A DNA stretch of 64,000 nucleotides, from assembly GCF_001194135.2 (NCBI RefSeq), contig NC_068994.1:2601143-2665142 (forward strand), written 5' to 3'. Source of the stretch: Octopus bimaculoides. Lineage: Eukaryota. Below the pieces are notes generated by a model. That model was not told where the DNA came from. It ran no database searches and saw nothing but the letters and a program-made list of their open reading frames with translations. Made by a program: the position numbers and the translations under genes. Of this stretch, positions 63,630 to 64,000 are shown in pieces (positions within the stretch are counted from its first letter, which is position 1; every line of letters starts with the position of its first letter).

Positions 63630-64000
63630 GATTCCTTTGTAGTATGTGGTGAGAATGGAGGAGGATAGCTGCGTGAAAAAGTGCCACACCCTAACAGTTG
63701 AGGGAACCCGTGGAAGAGGTAGGCCCAGGAAGACCTGGGCTGAGGTGGTGAGGCAAGACCTTCGTACATTGGGCCTCACCGAGGCGATGACTACGGACCG
63801 AGACCTTTGGAAATGGGCTGTGCGTGAGAAGACCCGGCAAGCCAAGTAAGATCGTTGCCAGTGCCCCTGGACTGGTTCTTGTGCGGGTGGCACATGAGAT
63901 GCACCATTTTGAGCGTGGCCGTTGCCAGTACCGCCTGACTGGCTCCTGTAGGATTTTCGAGCGAGATCGTTGCCAGTGCCCCTGGACTGGCTTGTGCGGG
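63630..64000 (+). mobile_element. Young 5'-truncated RTE-type LINE: ORF2 C-terminus and start of the 3' UTR (runs off the window)
   Basis: VRMEEDSCVKKCHTLTVEGTRGRGRPRKTWAEVVRQDLRTLGLTEAMTTDRDLWKWAVREKTRQAK* (GRGRPRKTW motif), intact frame, CpG-rich, followed by tandem hairpin units. Confidence 0.92.

Overview
AT-rich, CpG-poor, microsatellite-dense animal genomic DNA with two assembly gaps. It is most likely a coleoid cephalopod (octopus); this is inferred from the protocadherin type and the repeat content, not proven. The window covers part of a head-to-tail protocadherin array on the + strand. An upstream paralog contributes only its last two cytoplasmic exons (10103-10253, 10425-10543) and 3' UTR. 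The next paralog has a candidate non-coding first exon (ending 11741), a large exon encoding the signal peptide, 6 cadherin repeats, TM and proximal tail (ATG 18500, splice donor after 20881), a ~40.6 kb intron, and a 151-nt cytoplasmic exon (61442-61592) paralogous to the one at 10103; its terminal exon was not found in the window. The ORF track misses both exons of the upstream gene and does not resolve the 61442 exon (it only overlaps it inside an ORF). Both 151-nt exons end in a conserved YEEIPAMS motif matching the Src-family SH2 ligand consensus. Cadherin repeat 3 lacks most of the canonical Ca2+ ligands for the EC3-EC4 linker. The introns hold mariner, RTE-type, R4/Dong-type, Tx1-like and probably Penelope-like remnants, several SINE-like families, a candidate minimal hammerhead ribozyme on the sense strand, and a ~90%-identical inverted repeat around a gap. 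No rRNA, intact tRNA or CRISPR array was seen. All motif and family calls were made by eye, without database searches.
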